Below the pieces are notes generated by a model that saw only the letters and a list, made by a program, of their open reading frames with translations, searched no databases and was not told the DNA's origin. From IMG/VR virus record IMGVR_UViG_3300020442_003756, positions 2,400 through 66,399 of that record: DNA of 64,000 nt. One strand, 5' to 3'. Shown here one piece after another: positions 41,139 to 50,096 of the stretch. Origin of the DNA: a virus. The translations under genes and the position numbers were made by a program. Position 1 is the first letter of the stretch; each line of letters begins with the position of its first letter.

Positions 41139-41495
41139 TTATCCTTTACTATTCATAAAACCCATAATTTGATCCATACTAACATTTCCTTCAGGTAAAC
41201 TACCATTTGGAGAAGTTGTATCTATAGTACCACCTACTTGTAAAGGCATATCTGCCGTTGTAGCTTTAATTGTACCATCTGTACCTGGCATCATCCCATT
41301 TAAAACATTCATATAGTTTTCTCTAATTTCCTGTTTAGATTTTTTATCTAAAGGTTTAGATTCAGGGGTTGAAATTACAGGGGTTTGTTTACTAGATCTG
41401 ACAGCTTCTAAAAGAATATCTTTCATTTCTTCTTGAATTGCTTCTTTTACAGCGTCTTTTACTATGTTTTTTAGTTGACTTAACTTCATTTTCAA
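41139..41495 (-). CDS. Hypothetical protein (late)
   Basis: MKLSQLKNIVKDAVKEAI N-terminus; late motif at 41509-41518. Confidence 0.6.
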   Translation of the reverse strand: MKMKLSQLKNIVKDAVKEAIQEEMKDILLEAVRSSKQTPVISTPESKPLDKKSKQEIRENYMNVLNGMMPGTDGTIKATTADMPLQVGGTIDTTSPNGSLPEGNVSMDQIMGFMNSKG

Positions 41496-41524
41496 AAAAT
41501 TTGTTTATTATAAATATTATATAC

Positions 41525-43078
41525 TTAAGCTTTTAAATTATTACTTGTAATATAAAAAGCTAATTCATCAATTAAGATTTGATCCGTTGCACTAAATGAA
41601 GGTTCTCCTCTTAATACAATAATTCCTTTAGAATCTTTAGCAACCGCTCTTCTTCTATCTAATGTACCAACTTTAAATTTTGGATCAGTCATAACATCCA
41701 TTGTAAAACCATTTACAATTTTTATAACTGGTGCTTCATCTTCCTCTGCTTGTTGGTTAGAAAGAGCAACAAGTTCTGCGCTTAAAGCTAATTGGGTTAC
41801 TTCAACATCACCTAATTCTTCAAGACATTGTTGTGTTTTTTCATCTGCAATTTTTAATAATGCTAAAACCTGTGTTAGTAAAGCTCTTAATAAAATTAGG
41901 GCTGTTAAAACAATACCACCAATTTTTGCAAATATTTTTAATTTACCTTTTATATTTTCATACTTGTCATCTAATCTAAGTAATCTACCATAGGAAGCAG
42001 ATAAAATAACCCCACCATAAGGTCCTGGTGGTGTACCAATTGTACTAGGTATAGGAAGACGTTTAAATATATTAATAATTAACTGAAATATTTTAAGTAA
42101 ACCAAGTGCAATACCAATAGCTTTTGTTGCTGTATCTATTATTTTAAATAGATTATTTAATTGTTTAACTACCTTATTTCTTTTTCTTACTTGTTGAAGT
42201 AATTTAGCTCTTGAGGGACAAGTAGTTTTTGTATTTTGAAAATTTTTCTTTCCATTCAACCAATTTTGAACTTGTGCAATACCAAAAACCGCTAATATTC
42301 CAATAACATAAGGAATTAATCTGTTAGAAACAGTATCAACAGCTTTCATAATTGCTTTTTGGGGTGTAGGTAAAGGTCTTGTACCTCCAGCTTGTATTTT
42401 TTTAGCTGTTTTTGTATCTACAGTTCCTGTTTGTGCAACATCTTTTTCTACTGCTTTTTCTATTGTTTCAAGTTTTACAACATTAAGTACTCTTTTTATA
42501 GTATTATCTTGTTTATATGGTGTTCTAGATTGAGGATTATATTTTGGAAAATTATAATCAATATTAGGGAATTCATTAGCTTTATATCCTATAATAGTTT
42601 TTTCTTCAATTACTCCATCATCATAATCAAAAATTTTATCATAAAGTAGGGCAATTGCATTTTCTTTTCTTTCTCTTATTAATAAACCAATACTACTTCT
42701 TAACCTAGTTGTTTTTTTATCTGTAACAACATTAAATACTTGTCCCTTATATTTGTAACTAATGCTATAACCAACTCTTATTTCATCATCAAAAGTTGTA
42801 ACTGTTTCTTTATTTAATAAAATATTATCTCTAATATAATCTTTTGATTCATCCCAATACCAATCAGTTTTAATTATATCAGTTATAGGAACAACCTCAA
42901 TTTTAAAAGTTAAAGTATAACCACCAGAAGGATCTGTTTTAGTACTATAATTTCCTTGTGAAGTATTAATACTAACATCAACGCCTTGTAAAGCATCAGA
43001 ATTACCCTGTTGAGCAACTTTACCCGTAACTGAATACTCTCTTATCTCTGTATTTTCTGATGTTGGGGTTAAAGACAT
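41525..43078 (-). CDS. Hypothetical virion-module protein: N-terminal beta-sandwich, C-terminal hydrophobic helices
   Basis: VTGKV...LQGVDV...TKTDPSGGY (carboxypeptidase-regulatory-like); long hydrophobic segments. Confidence 0.55.
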   Translation of the reverse strand: MSLTPTSENTEIREYSVTGKVAQQGNSDALQGVDVSINTSQGNYSTKTDPSGGYTLTFKIEVVPITDIIKTDWYWDESKDYIRDNILLNKETVTTFDDEIRVGYSISYKYKGQVFNVVTDKKTTRLRSSIGLLIRERKENAIALLYDKIFDYDDGVIEEKTIIGYKANEFPNIDYNFPKYNPQSRTPYKQDNTIKRVLNVVKLETIEKAVEKDVAQTGTVDTKTAKKIQAGGTRPLPTPQKAIMKAVDTVSNRLIPYVIGILAVFGIAQVQNWLNGKKNFQNTKTTCPSRAKLLQQVRKRNKVVKQLNNLFKIIDTATKAIGIALGLLKIFQLIINIFKRLPIPSTIGTPPGPYGGVILSASYGRLLRLDDKYENIKGKLKIFAKIGGIVLTALILLRALLTQVLALLKIADEKTQQCLEELGDVEVTQLALSAELVALSNQQAEEDEAPVIKIVNGFTMDVMTDPKFKVGTLDRRRAVAKDSKGIIVLRGEPSFSATDQILIDELAFYITSNNLKA

Positions 43079-43079
43079 T

Positions 43080-44366
43080 TTATATAGTTTTACTTACTTT
43101 AGATACTAATGATCCTTTTTTTACTACTTGTTGTATTTTAGTTATTTGAGATTGAACAGTTGAAGCAATAGGAGGAATAGATGGACTTGGTACTGGAGCA
43201 CCGCCTGGCCAATCTAAAGAACTTTGTAGTGCAACTGCTAAATTAGAAATATTTTGTAATAAAATATCAAATTGAGTCATAAAATCATCTCCTAAAACTA
43301 AAGATTGTTCTGCTTCTAGATCACCTAAATTAATCTTTGGTGCAACTATTGTAACTGCATTTGTTGCATCTAAACCAATTTCTTCATTTGAATTTAATAA
43401 AATAGATTTTTGAGAAGATAATAGTATACTATCAATGTTTGTATTAAATACAAGTCTACCTGAATTTAGTATTACTTGGTTTGAAACATATTGTTCAGGC
43501 TCTTCAGGTTTATTTTTTATTGAATCTGTAGTAAATTTTGAAATTTCTATAGGTATTTTTTGATTTGAAGTTAAATAAATTGAACTTAAATCTTTATTTA
43601 TATCTTCAGTTGTTGGAACCCAACCAGGGGGTTCTAAATCAGGATCTTGTCCATTACGAATAATAGAAATTGGATTTCCATCTTCACCTTCTTCGGACCA
43701 ATTATTTTTAATACTACCATCAATTTTAGAGGTATTACCTAATCTAATTGAATTACCAAATCTTCCTTCTAAAATGTTATCTCCAGCAAAAGGTAATATT
43801 GGGTGAATATTCCCATTTTCAATAAATGTACCACCACTAGCCCCATTTAAATCAATTTCACTTGATTCATCACTAACTTTTCTTGTATTACCTGCTTCAA
43901 TTTGTTGGTAATCTGATTTTTGTGAATCACTATTTTGACTAACTAAAGGATTTGGATAAGCATTTTGTTCTGGGTGGTTCCAAATTGATAAGGGTGTAAA
44001 ATAGTAATAGGTTGTTGCTCCACTTATATTTGCTATTGAAGATTTATTTGGGAGTTTTATTAGTAAAACAATTTCATTTACTAAAGGATAATTTTTTATT
44101 TGAGGAAATAAAGGTTTAGCTAAATTAAGTTTTGAAGAACTTATTGATTCATCAGAAGTAGGACTATCAACAACTTGAAATTGAATAGTTCCTATACCTT
44201 GCCATTCACCTGTTTGACTATATAAAGTTGAATCACTATTTAAGGAAATATCAATAACACGAGCTGCAACAACTTTATCTTTTAAAGAATCAAGTGCTCC
44301 ATCTACACGTCTAATTGATTTTTGTACAAAATTACTAAGAAAGGATAAACCTCTATTTACTGCCAT
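43080..44366 (-). CDS. Baseplate hub/central spike protein (gp5-like)
   Basis: YPLVNEIVLL, GDNILEGRFGNSIRLG, QVILNSGRLVFN, LVLGD; adjacent to gp25/gp6 genes. Confidence 0.7.
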   Translation of the reverse strand: MAVNRGLSFLSNFVQKSIRRVDGALDSLKDKVVAARVIDISLNSDSTLYSQTGEWQGIGTIQFQVVDSPTSDESISSSKLNLAKPLFPQIKNYPLVNEIVLLIKLPNKSSIANISGATTYYYFTPLSIWNHPEQNAYPNPLVSQNSDSQKSDYQQIEAGNTRKVSDESSEIDLNGASGGTFIENGNIHPILPFAGDNILEGRFGNSIRLGNTSKIDGSIKNNWSEEGEDGNPISIIRNGQDPDLEPPGWVPTTEDINKDLSSIYLTSNQKIPIEISKFTTDSIKNKPEEPEQYVSNQVILNSGRLVFNTNIDSILLSSQKSILLNSNEEIGLDATNAVTIVAPKINLGDLEAEQSLVLGDDFMTQFDILLQNISNLAVALQSSLDWPGGAPVPSPSIPPIASTVQSQITKIQQVVKKGSLVSKVSKTI

Positions 44367-44718
44367 CTTTACTTTCTTTGGATTTGAAACTATTGTTTAA
44401 TTCATCCAATTGTGCCATTAATTCCTCTTTTTCAGCTTCTGTAATACCTAATGCATCTTCGCCATTACTACTATTAAGCGCACGTTGTACTATAGTAGCC
44501 ATTTTAATTAATTGTTCATCGTTACGGACACCAATTTCTAAATAATCTTTTATTAATGGGACGATTAAAGTTGCATCACCAATATCAGAAACTAATGGTT
44601 TTAATTCTGAAATTAATCCACTTATTTGTGTTTCTTTTTTCTTTTGGTTTTGGTAAATTTCACCCAAAATATCGGAGAATTTTTTCTTTCCAAATACTAT
44701 GTTATCTAAATTTGCCAT
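44353..44718 (-). CDS. Hypothetical protein (late)
   Basis: Helical 121 aa ORF; late motif at 44730-44739. Confidence 0.6.
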   Translation of the reverse strand: MANLDNIVFGKKKFSDILGEIYQNQKKKETQISGLISELKPLVSDIGDATLIVPLIKDYLEIGVRNDEQLIKMATIVQRALNSSNGEDALGITEAEKEELMAQLDELNNSFKSKESKDGSK

Positions 44719-44751
44719 AATGTTTTGGTTATAAATATTATACCAATAAAT

Positions 44752-45465
44752 TTATTGGAATCTAGTGTAACCGTGTTCTAAGAAATGTATATAATTACTT
44801 TTAAAGATATCATAAAGTTTATCGGCTATCTTAGTAATTTTTGGCGTTTTAACTTCTACCATTTCACGAATGTAAATGTAAAGTGCTTTTTTATTAAATA
44901 CTTCTAATACTTCTCTTTTTCTAAATAATTCTAAAATTGCATCCGCTATTTGAGCATCATTTTTTTTAGGAAATAATTCAAGTATATTTTCTGTAGTATA
45001 ATCAACAAATAAATCAATATATTCACTCAATTCATCTTTTTTCTTATTGTAATTATCTACATTATTCCAAACATATGTTGAATTTTCTTTTAATAAAGTA
45101 TCAGTAGGTACTTTTTTTATTTTTTTATTATAATTTTTAGTATTATATAATATTAACCATCTTTTTACAATTGTACCAAAATAAGAATAAGCTTTAGCTC
45201 CTTTACTCGGATCAAATAAATGCATTTTGGTTAATAGGAAAGTTATAATTTCATGTTGTAAATGTTCTAAATTATTTACCTCAGTATGGTAAAATTTAAA
45301 CGTATGAATTATATTTTCTGTTAACTTAAAAAACGCGTAATGGATTCGCGCTTCATAAATTTTAGATCTTATTTCAGAATCAGAAGTATTATTATATAAT
45401 ACAATAGCATCTTCTGTATCTTGAGTAAAATAATTTTTACTCTTTTTTCTTCTTTTTCTTGCCAT
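44752..45465 (-). CDS. Phage sigma factor, T4 gp55-like (late transcription)
   Basis: NYF, FDPSKGAKAYSYFGTIVKRW resembles region 2 of gp55-type sigma factors; sits upstream of the structural module. Confidence 0.75.
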   Translation of the reverse strand: MARKRRKKSKNYFTQDTEDAIVLYNNTSDSEIRSKIYEARIHYAFFKLTENIIHTFKFYHTEVNNLEHLQHEIITFLLTKMHLFDPSKGAKAYSYFGTIVKRWLILYNTKNYNKKIKKVPTDTLLKENSTYVWNNVDNYNKKKDELSEYIDLFVDYTTENILELFPKKNDAQIADAILELFRKREVLEVFNKKALYIYIREMVEVKTPKITKIADKLYDIFKSNYIHFLEHGYTRFQ

Positions 45466-45740
45466 TAGTCGACTTTAAATCTTGATACATCATCTTGTAA
45501 CCTTTTTACTTGTTTAAAAAACCAACCAATTTCATCATCACTCTTAAAAATACCTTTAGCGTCTATTTCTTTTAAACGAGTTTCAGTATTTTCTATCTGT
45601 TTACTATACTCTGATATGAATCTATCATATCTAATGACTACGTCCTCAATCTTTTCTACTTTACGCATTAAATTAAATGTTGTATAAACAAATACAACAA
45701 TAATTAAACTTAAAAAACCAATTATAAATTCTAAAATCAT
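45465..45740 (-). CDS. Membrane-anchored small protein
   Basis: N-terminal TM helix, coiled coil, FKSDDEIGWFF. Confidence 0.6.
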   Translation of the reverse strand: MILEFIIGFLSLIIVVFVYTTFNLMRKVEKIEDVVIRYDRFISEYSKQIENTETRLKEIDAKGIFKSDDEIGWFFKQVKRLQDDVSRFKVD

Positions 45741-45741
45741 C

Positions 45742-46518
45742 TTATAAATTATCTAACATATTTTTTAAACCTTCACTTTTTACAGTGTTTAACGCTCTAT
45801 TTTTAGTAGATGTTTTTTTGTTATTAGATAATGTAGGTACCTTTTTTTGCCCCTCCAAATTATCTTGAGAAAATTTTGGTAACCACTCCATTTCAAATTC
45901 TAATCTAGCAGCCATTAAATCAGCTTGGTGTAAAATAAATGGTAAAGAAGTACGTGGTTTTTGTTCTGGCATGTAGGCAAATAAATATTTTTTATTAGCT
46001 TCATCATATAAACCATCATGTGTTTTAATAGCTAACATTTCATTAAAAGTAACCTGAATGTCGTGTTGTTGTAGTAAAAATAAACTTCTATCTGGGACAG
46101 AACAGTAAGGTACTTTTTTATTAAACATATAATCCTCACCTAATTTATCTTTTCTCCACTGATCAGTTTGAGGGATATAAGCTTCATTATCTTTATCTCC
46201 CATTTTACCTAAATCATGGTTTATAGCAGAAAATACTAATTCTTCTTTTGTAAATGTAGTCATATCACAACCTAAATTTTCCCAAATAGGTAATAATTGT
46301 AAAGCAGCATCAACTACTCTATTTACATGATAAACATAACCACCTGGAAAAGCTGAATGGTATTCTTTTTTATGTGCCGCTGGCATTAGAATAATTCTAT
46401 CTTCATATCTCTGATAGAATTTATAAAGTTGATCACCTCTATTTCCTGAGATGTGTGTTTTGATGTTGTTAAGGAATACTTCCCAATTTGATTGAATCTG
46501 TTCTGCTGTTAGTTTCAT
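45742..46518 (-). CDS. HD-domain phosphohydrolase
   Basis: YHSAFPGG...H, NHDLGK, HDGLY, LHQAD. Confidence 0.85.
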   Translation of the reverse strand: MKLTAEQIQSNWEVFLNNIKTHISGNRGDQLYKFYQRYEDRIILMPAAHKKEYHSAFPGGYVYHVNRVVDAALQLLPIWENLGCDMTTFTKEELVFSAINHDLGKMGDKDNEAYIPQTDQWRKDKLGEDYMFNKKVPYCSVPDRSLFLLQQHDIQVTFNEMLAIKTHDGLYDEANKKYLFAYMPEQKPRTSLPFILHQADLMAARLEFEMEWLPKFSQDNLEGQKKVPTLSNNKKTSTKNRALNTVKSEGLKNMLDNL

Positions 46519-46641
46519 AACTTATTTATTTTAATTATTAATGTTTTTCCTTCCCCCCGTGTTACGCCTTGTTTCTCATCCCATTTTTTAAACAACCCGT
46601 GTTTCCAAGGTATATAAAATAGATTGGGGAGGCACGGAATT

Positions 46642-47076
46642 TTAAACTTCTTTTTTTAAATTGATTATTTTAAGTAAAAACGCACATCTTTCATATTGTT
46701 CAATTTCTGGATCTGAAAAATATTCAAGTGCTGATTCTAATGCTTGTAAGAATGGATCTCTTTTAAATTCAATAATAGCTTTTAAATCATTTTCGTTGTC
46801 AATATCTATTTTTCTAATATAATGCCAAGCTCTATTGTACACAGTAAAGTCAGAAGCTCTTTTAGTATCTTCAATATCATAGTTAGGTTGTTCTTTTGAT
46901 AAGAATTGTTGTAATTTTTGGTGAAATACCCAATTATTTACTATAAGTTTTGTAAACATTCCAATTTTGGCAAATGGTTTTTCTAAAAAATCTTTTTCAA
47001 GATTAATTAACACCTGAGCATCTTCTTTTTCCTCAGGACTTCCAAAAAGTTGAAATAATTTATTTTTATCTATCAT
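46642..47076 (-). CDS. Hypothetical protein with C-terminal UVR-like motif
   Basis: EQYERCAFL C-terminus. Confidence 0.55.
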   Translation of the reverse strand: MIDKNKLFQLFGSPEEKEDAQVLINLEKDFLEKPFAKIGMFTKLIVNNWVFHQKLQQFLSKEQPNYDIEDTKRASDFTVYNRAWHYIRKIDIDNENDLKAIIEFKRDPFLQALESALEYFSDPEIEQYERCAFLLKIINLKKEV

Positions 47077-47411
47077 CTTTTACCACCATAATATTTCCAA
47101 GCATGACCTTCTTTTACTAATGTTTTATTAACATTTACATCACCAACATGTAAAGTACCTAAACATCTTCCAAATTTGCCAACTCCATGAGATTCTAAAA
47201 TAAATTTTTCTTCTTCTAGTAATTCTTCTAATCTAATTTTAGCAGCTAATCCTTTAGCTTTTTCTTCTAAATCCCTAGTCCTGGATTCTGGGGCATTAAT
47301 ACCCATCATTCTGATTCTTACTTTTTTGAAAGTACTAAATCCTAAATCTACAAGAGCATCAACAGTATCGCCATCAACTACTCTAATTACTTTAGCATTA
47401 TATTTAAACAT
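47073..47411 (-). CDS. Thermonuclease (SNase-like)
   Basis: RVVDGDT, RIRMMGINAPE, GKFGRCLG, LVKEGHA; late motif at 47426-47435. Confidence 0.9.
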   Translation of the reverse strand: MFKYNAKVIRVVDGDTVDALVDLGFSTFKKVRIRMMGINAPESRTRDLEEKAKGLAAKIRLEELLEEEKFILESHGVGKFGRCLGTLHVGDVNVNKTLVKEGHAWKYYGGKR

Positions 47412-47438
47412 GATGATTATTTAATTATAAATATTAAA

Positions 47439-47633
47439 TTAATCTTCATTTTTTGCCAAGAATTTGGCCTTGTGTATAGCTTTTAATTTTTCCTTACGTT
47501 TAAGAGCTGAGGGTTTAATAAATTCCTTCCTTTTTCTGATTTCTTTAATAACACCAGTATCTCTAAATTTACGTTTGAAACGTTTTAAAGCTTGGTTAAT
47601 ATTTTCGTTTTTCCTTATTTTTACAATTAACAT
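47439..47633 (-). CDS. rpsU: 30S ribosomal protein bS21
   Basis: ENINQALKRFKRK...GVIKEIRKRKEFIKPS..KR signature. Confidence 0.93.
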   Translation of the reverse strand: MLIVKIRKNENINQALKRFKRKFRDTGVIKEIRKRKEFIKPSALKRKEKLKAIHKAKFLAKNED

Positions 47634-47634
47634 A

Positions 47635-47907
47635 TTATTCTGATTCGTTAGCCCATTGATTATCTAATTCAGTAGAATCAGGAACCTCAATATATTCCTT
47701 TAATTTATCTTCTACATCTTCAATTTCTTTCTCAATGTCTACTTTAATCTGTTGTAATTTGTCATATTCTTCCTTAATTGGAAGTCTTTTAGGATTATCT
47801 GGATGGTAACTCCAAAGCTCCTCTGAAATAGTAACAGTAGCCATTAAATCATTTATTAATTCTACTTTTTGTTTTTCTAATTCTATTTTACTCATTATTA
47901 TTATCAA
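47635..47907 (-). CDS. Hypothetical protein
   Basis: Tightly packed ORF with LWSYHPDNP. Confidence 0.6.
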   Translation of the reverse strand: MIIIMSKIELEKQKVELINDLMATVTISEELWSYHPDNPKRLPIKEEYDKLQQIKVDIEKEIEDVEDKLKEYIEVPDSTELDNQWANESE

Positions 47908-48088
47908 TTTTAGTTATACTTAATCTTTTTTTCATATATCTATGGTTTGTTGCTAACTCAATTTCTAAATTAGCATAAGTAGAGGCTTCAATTATAATTT
48001 CTCTTTGAACTATTCTATCCCCTATTTTTTTACCATTTTTACATCTTTTGGCTTCACCAACAAGATATTCAATTTTATATTTTGCCAT
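47888..48088 (-). CDS. Hypothetical protein
   Basis: Fills the gap in the operon, with overlapping start/stop. Confidence 0.55.
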   Translation of the reverse strand: MAKYKIEYLVGEAKRCKNGKKIGDRIVQREIIIEASTYANLEIELATNHRYMKKRLSITKIDNNNE

Positions 48089-48735
48089 TAGTGTACTATT
48101 ATATTGAACATTTCTTCAGTTACTACATTTTCACCTACATCTATATTATAAGTGGTTTTAGTAAATATTTTTAATGTATCCCCAACCATAGTATTATCTA
48201 AATAAAACTGTTGTCTGGGGTTATAATTATATCTACTATTTGTACCTAATAAAGTTATTGCATAAGGACATTCCCAACAAAAATTCTTTTGTATTTGATA
48301 TCCTGCTATATTTAATGGAGGTTGAATCTGGGCTAAATCAGTAAGTGTATATTCTAAATTACCTACAGGTACAGGATTATTATATCCTCCCCCAGTAAAC
48401 CAACTTAAAACTGAATAAGTAGGTACAGTAAAAGTAATACTATCAAAAGCAATCCAATAATCAGAATCATATTCAGTCATAATTAAAGGAACATCATTAA
48501 TAACATAATGATCAGCTAATTCATCTAACTCACCTCTAATAGTAAAATATTTTGGCCCATAAAATTCAATATGCCAATAACCGTTTGCATCTTGATATGC
48601 ATTGGGTTGAACTAATTCATCAATATAAAATCTTGAATTACAATCCCCATCTAAACATGGATAGGGAGCGATCTCCTCCTTACTACAACTAGCAAGGAGA
48701 AAACCAAAACCTAATATTAATAAAAACCTATTCAT
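48088..48735 (-). CDS. Lipoprotein (Bacteroidota-type surface export signal)
   Basis: Signal MNRFLLILGFGFLLAS-C followed by SKEE. Confidence 0.75.
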   Translation of the reverse strand: MNRFLLILGFGFLLASCSKEEIAPYPCLDGDCNSRFYIDELVQPNAYQDANGYWHIEFYGPKYFTIRGELDELADHYVINDVPLIMTEYDSDYWIAFDSITFTVPTYSVLSWFTGGGYNNPVPVGNLEYTLTDLAQIQPPLNIAGYQIQKNFCWECPYAITLLGTNSRYNYNPRQQFYLDNTMVGDTLKIFTKTTYNIDVGENVVTEEMFNIIVH

Positions 48736-49619
48736 TATGCTTGTGCATATTCAAGTGCAATATCAAACATTTTACTATTCAGATCCATATCTTGTTTAAA
48801 GTTTTTAATCTGTCTAGCTTTTCTATGCTTAGTACCTATTGTATAATCAAAATCACCTTCAATAATTTTTTCTTGGATTACATTAAATACACTCCATAAA
48901 TCATCACCTTTATCTTCAGGTCTAACTGGAGTAATAAACTCATCCATATCAATAGTAATTCTTTTTAATTCATCCTCTGGGAATCTAACTGCAAGCATAT
49001 CCTTAGCAAATTTAAGAATTGACTTTTGCTCCATTTTAGTATCAATCATTTTATTCATTGATTCTACTGTTAATGGTAACCTCTCAGTCATTTCAGTAAC
49101 TTGTTTTTGTAATTCTTCAAAATCATATCCCATATGTCTAATTGCTACTTTTTCAAATTCATTAGTAGAAACAACTAAACCATTTTCACAAACCATTCTA
49201 AATAAACCAGCAGTAAAGGTAAATGCATTTTTACCATCATGTGAATTAGTTAATAATATTTGTGGAAAAACAGTATCAATTGGGTTTTTCTTTGCGAATG
49301 TACCATCAGTTCTTCTATAACCTGTAGGAGAAGTAATTGATTCTCTAATATCATTAGGCATCTGATTAATTACAATATCTGGATTTCTAAATACTACAAG
49401 GTGTTTTTGGAAACCTCTAGTACCTTTTGTTCTAGCATTAACTTCTTTAGCATCAATAACTTTCCATCCTAATAAATCCATATCATCAATTAATTTATCA
49501 GTTGGAATGTGTGAATATTTCTTTGATACCTCAGGAGAAGGCTTAGTTGAGAAAATACTTGGAGCGATTTCTCTTAACTCATCTTTACTCTTATAATTTG
49601 TACTTTGTAAATCTAACAT
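48735..49619 (-). CDS. DUF932/DUF945 family protein
   Basis: APSIF, Y.HIPT, NSHDG, AGLFRMVCENGL, DLWSVFNVIQE. Confidence 0.85.
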   Translation of the reverse strand: MLDLQSTNYKSKDELREIAPSIFSTKPSPEVSKKYSHIPTDKLIDDMDLLGWKVIDAKEVNARTKGTRGFQKHLVVFRNPDIVINQMPNDIRESITSPTGYRRTDGTFAKKNPIDTVFPQILLTNSHDGKNAFTFTAGLFRMVCENGLVVSTNEFEKVAIRHMGYDFEELQKQVTEMTERLPLTVESMNKMIDTKMEQKSILKFAKDMLAVRFPEDELKRITIDMDEFITPVRPEDKGDDLWSVFNVIQEKIIEGDFDYTIGTKHRKARQIKNFKQDMDLNSKMFDIALEYAQA

Positions 49620-49654
49620 AACTTTTATTTTTTTTTAATTATTAATATACCGTA

Positions 49655-49704
49655 AATATACGAAAGGGAGCCTGTACAGCCAAGCTCCCTGCGCATTACT
49701 TTTT
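49655..49704 (-). promoter_or_regulatory. Early promoter cassette TTGG-N18-GTATATT with overlapping hairpin AGGGAGC/GCTCCCT
   Basis: Motif at 49655-49683; inverted repeat 49665-49690; upstream 25 nt nearly identical to 50050-50074. Confidence 0.75.
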
Positions 49705-49993
49705 ATTTTCTTACAAGTAAACTTGGTGAAACTGTATATATTCCTCCAACTCTACCATTACCAACATCACTAGCTTGAACTTTAATATTCTTATTATTAA
49801 TTTTAATAACTCTAAAATTTTGATTAGGATCTATTTTCTTATGATCTATACCAACAATATCTCCAATACTAAATGACATTTTAGCAGAATACTGTAATTC
49901 TGATCTACGAATAGAAACAGCATCTCTAATTTTATTAATTTCTGATTGATCTGAATTTTTAATGAATTCTAACACTTGATCTAAATTTGACAT
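49703..49993 (-). CDS. Hypothetical early protein (SH3-like C-terminus)
   Basis: FSIGDIV...VIKINNKNIKV...Y.VSPSLL; has its own promoter cassette. Confidence 0.65.
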   Translation of the reverse strand: MSNLDQVLEFIKNSDQSEINKIRDAVSIRRSELQYSAKMSFSIGDIVGIDHKKIDPNQNFRVIKINNKNIKVQASDVGNGRVGGIYTVSPSLLVRK

Positions 49994-50025
49994 AACCTTT
50001 ATTATTTTTAATTATTTATGCTATA

Positions 50026-50074
50026 AATATACGAACAGTATCCTGGGGAGCCAAGTTTCCTGTGCATTACTTTT
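50026..50074 (-). promoter_or_regulatory. Early promoter cassette TTGG-N18-GTATATT
   Basis: Motif at 50026-50054; repeat of the 49655 cassette. Confidence 0.75.
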
Positions 50075-50096
50075 AAAGCGTCATATTAACGTCATA

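Noticed and set aside
37019-42649. Short + strand ORFs antisense to baseplate genes (37019, 37257, 37384, 42392)
   Set aside because: Fully overlap well-supported minus-strand genes and carry no motifs
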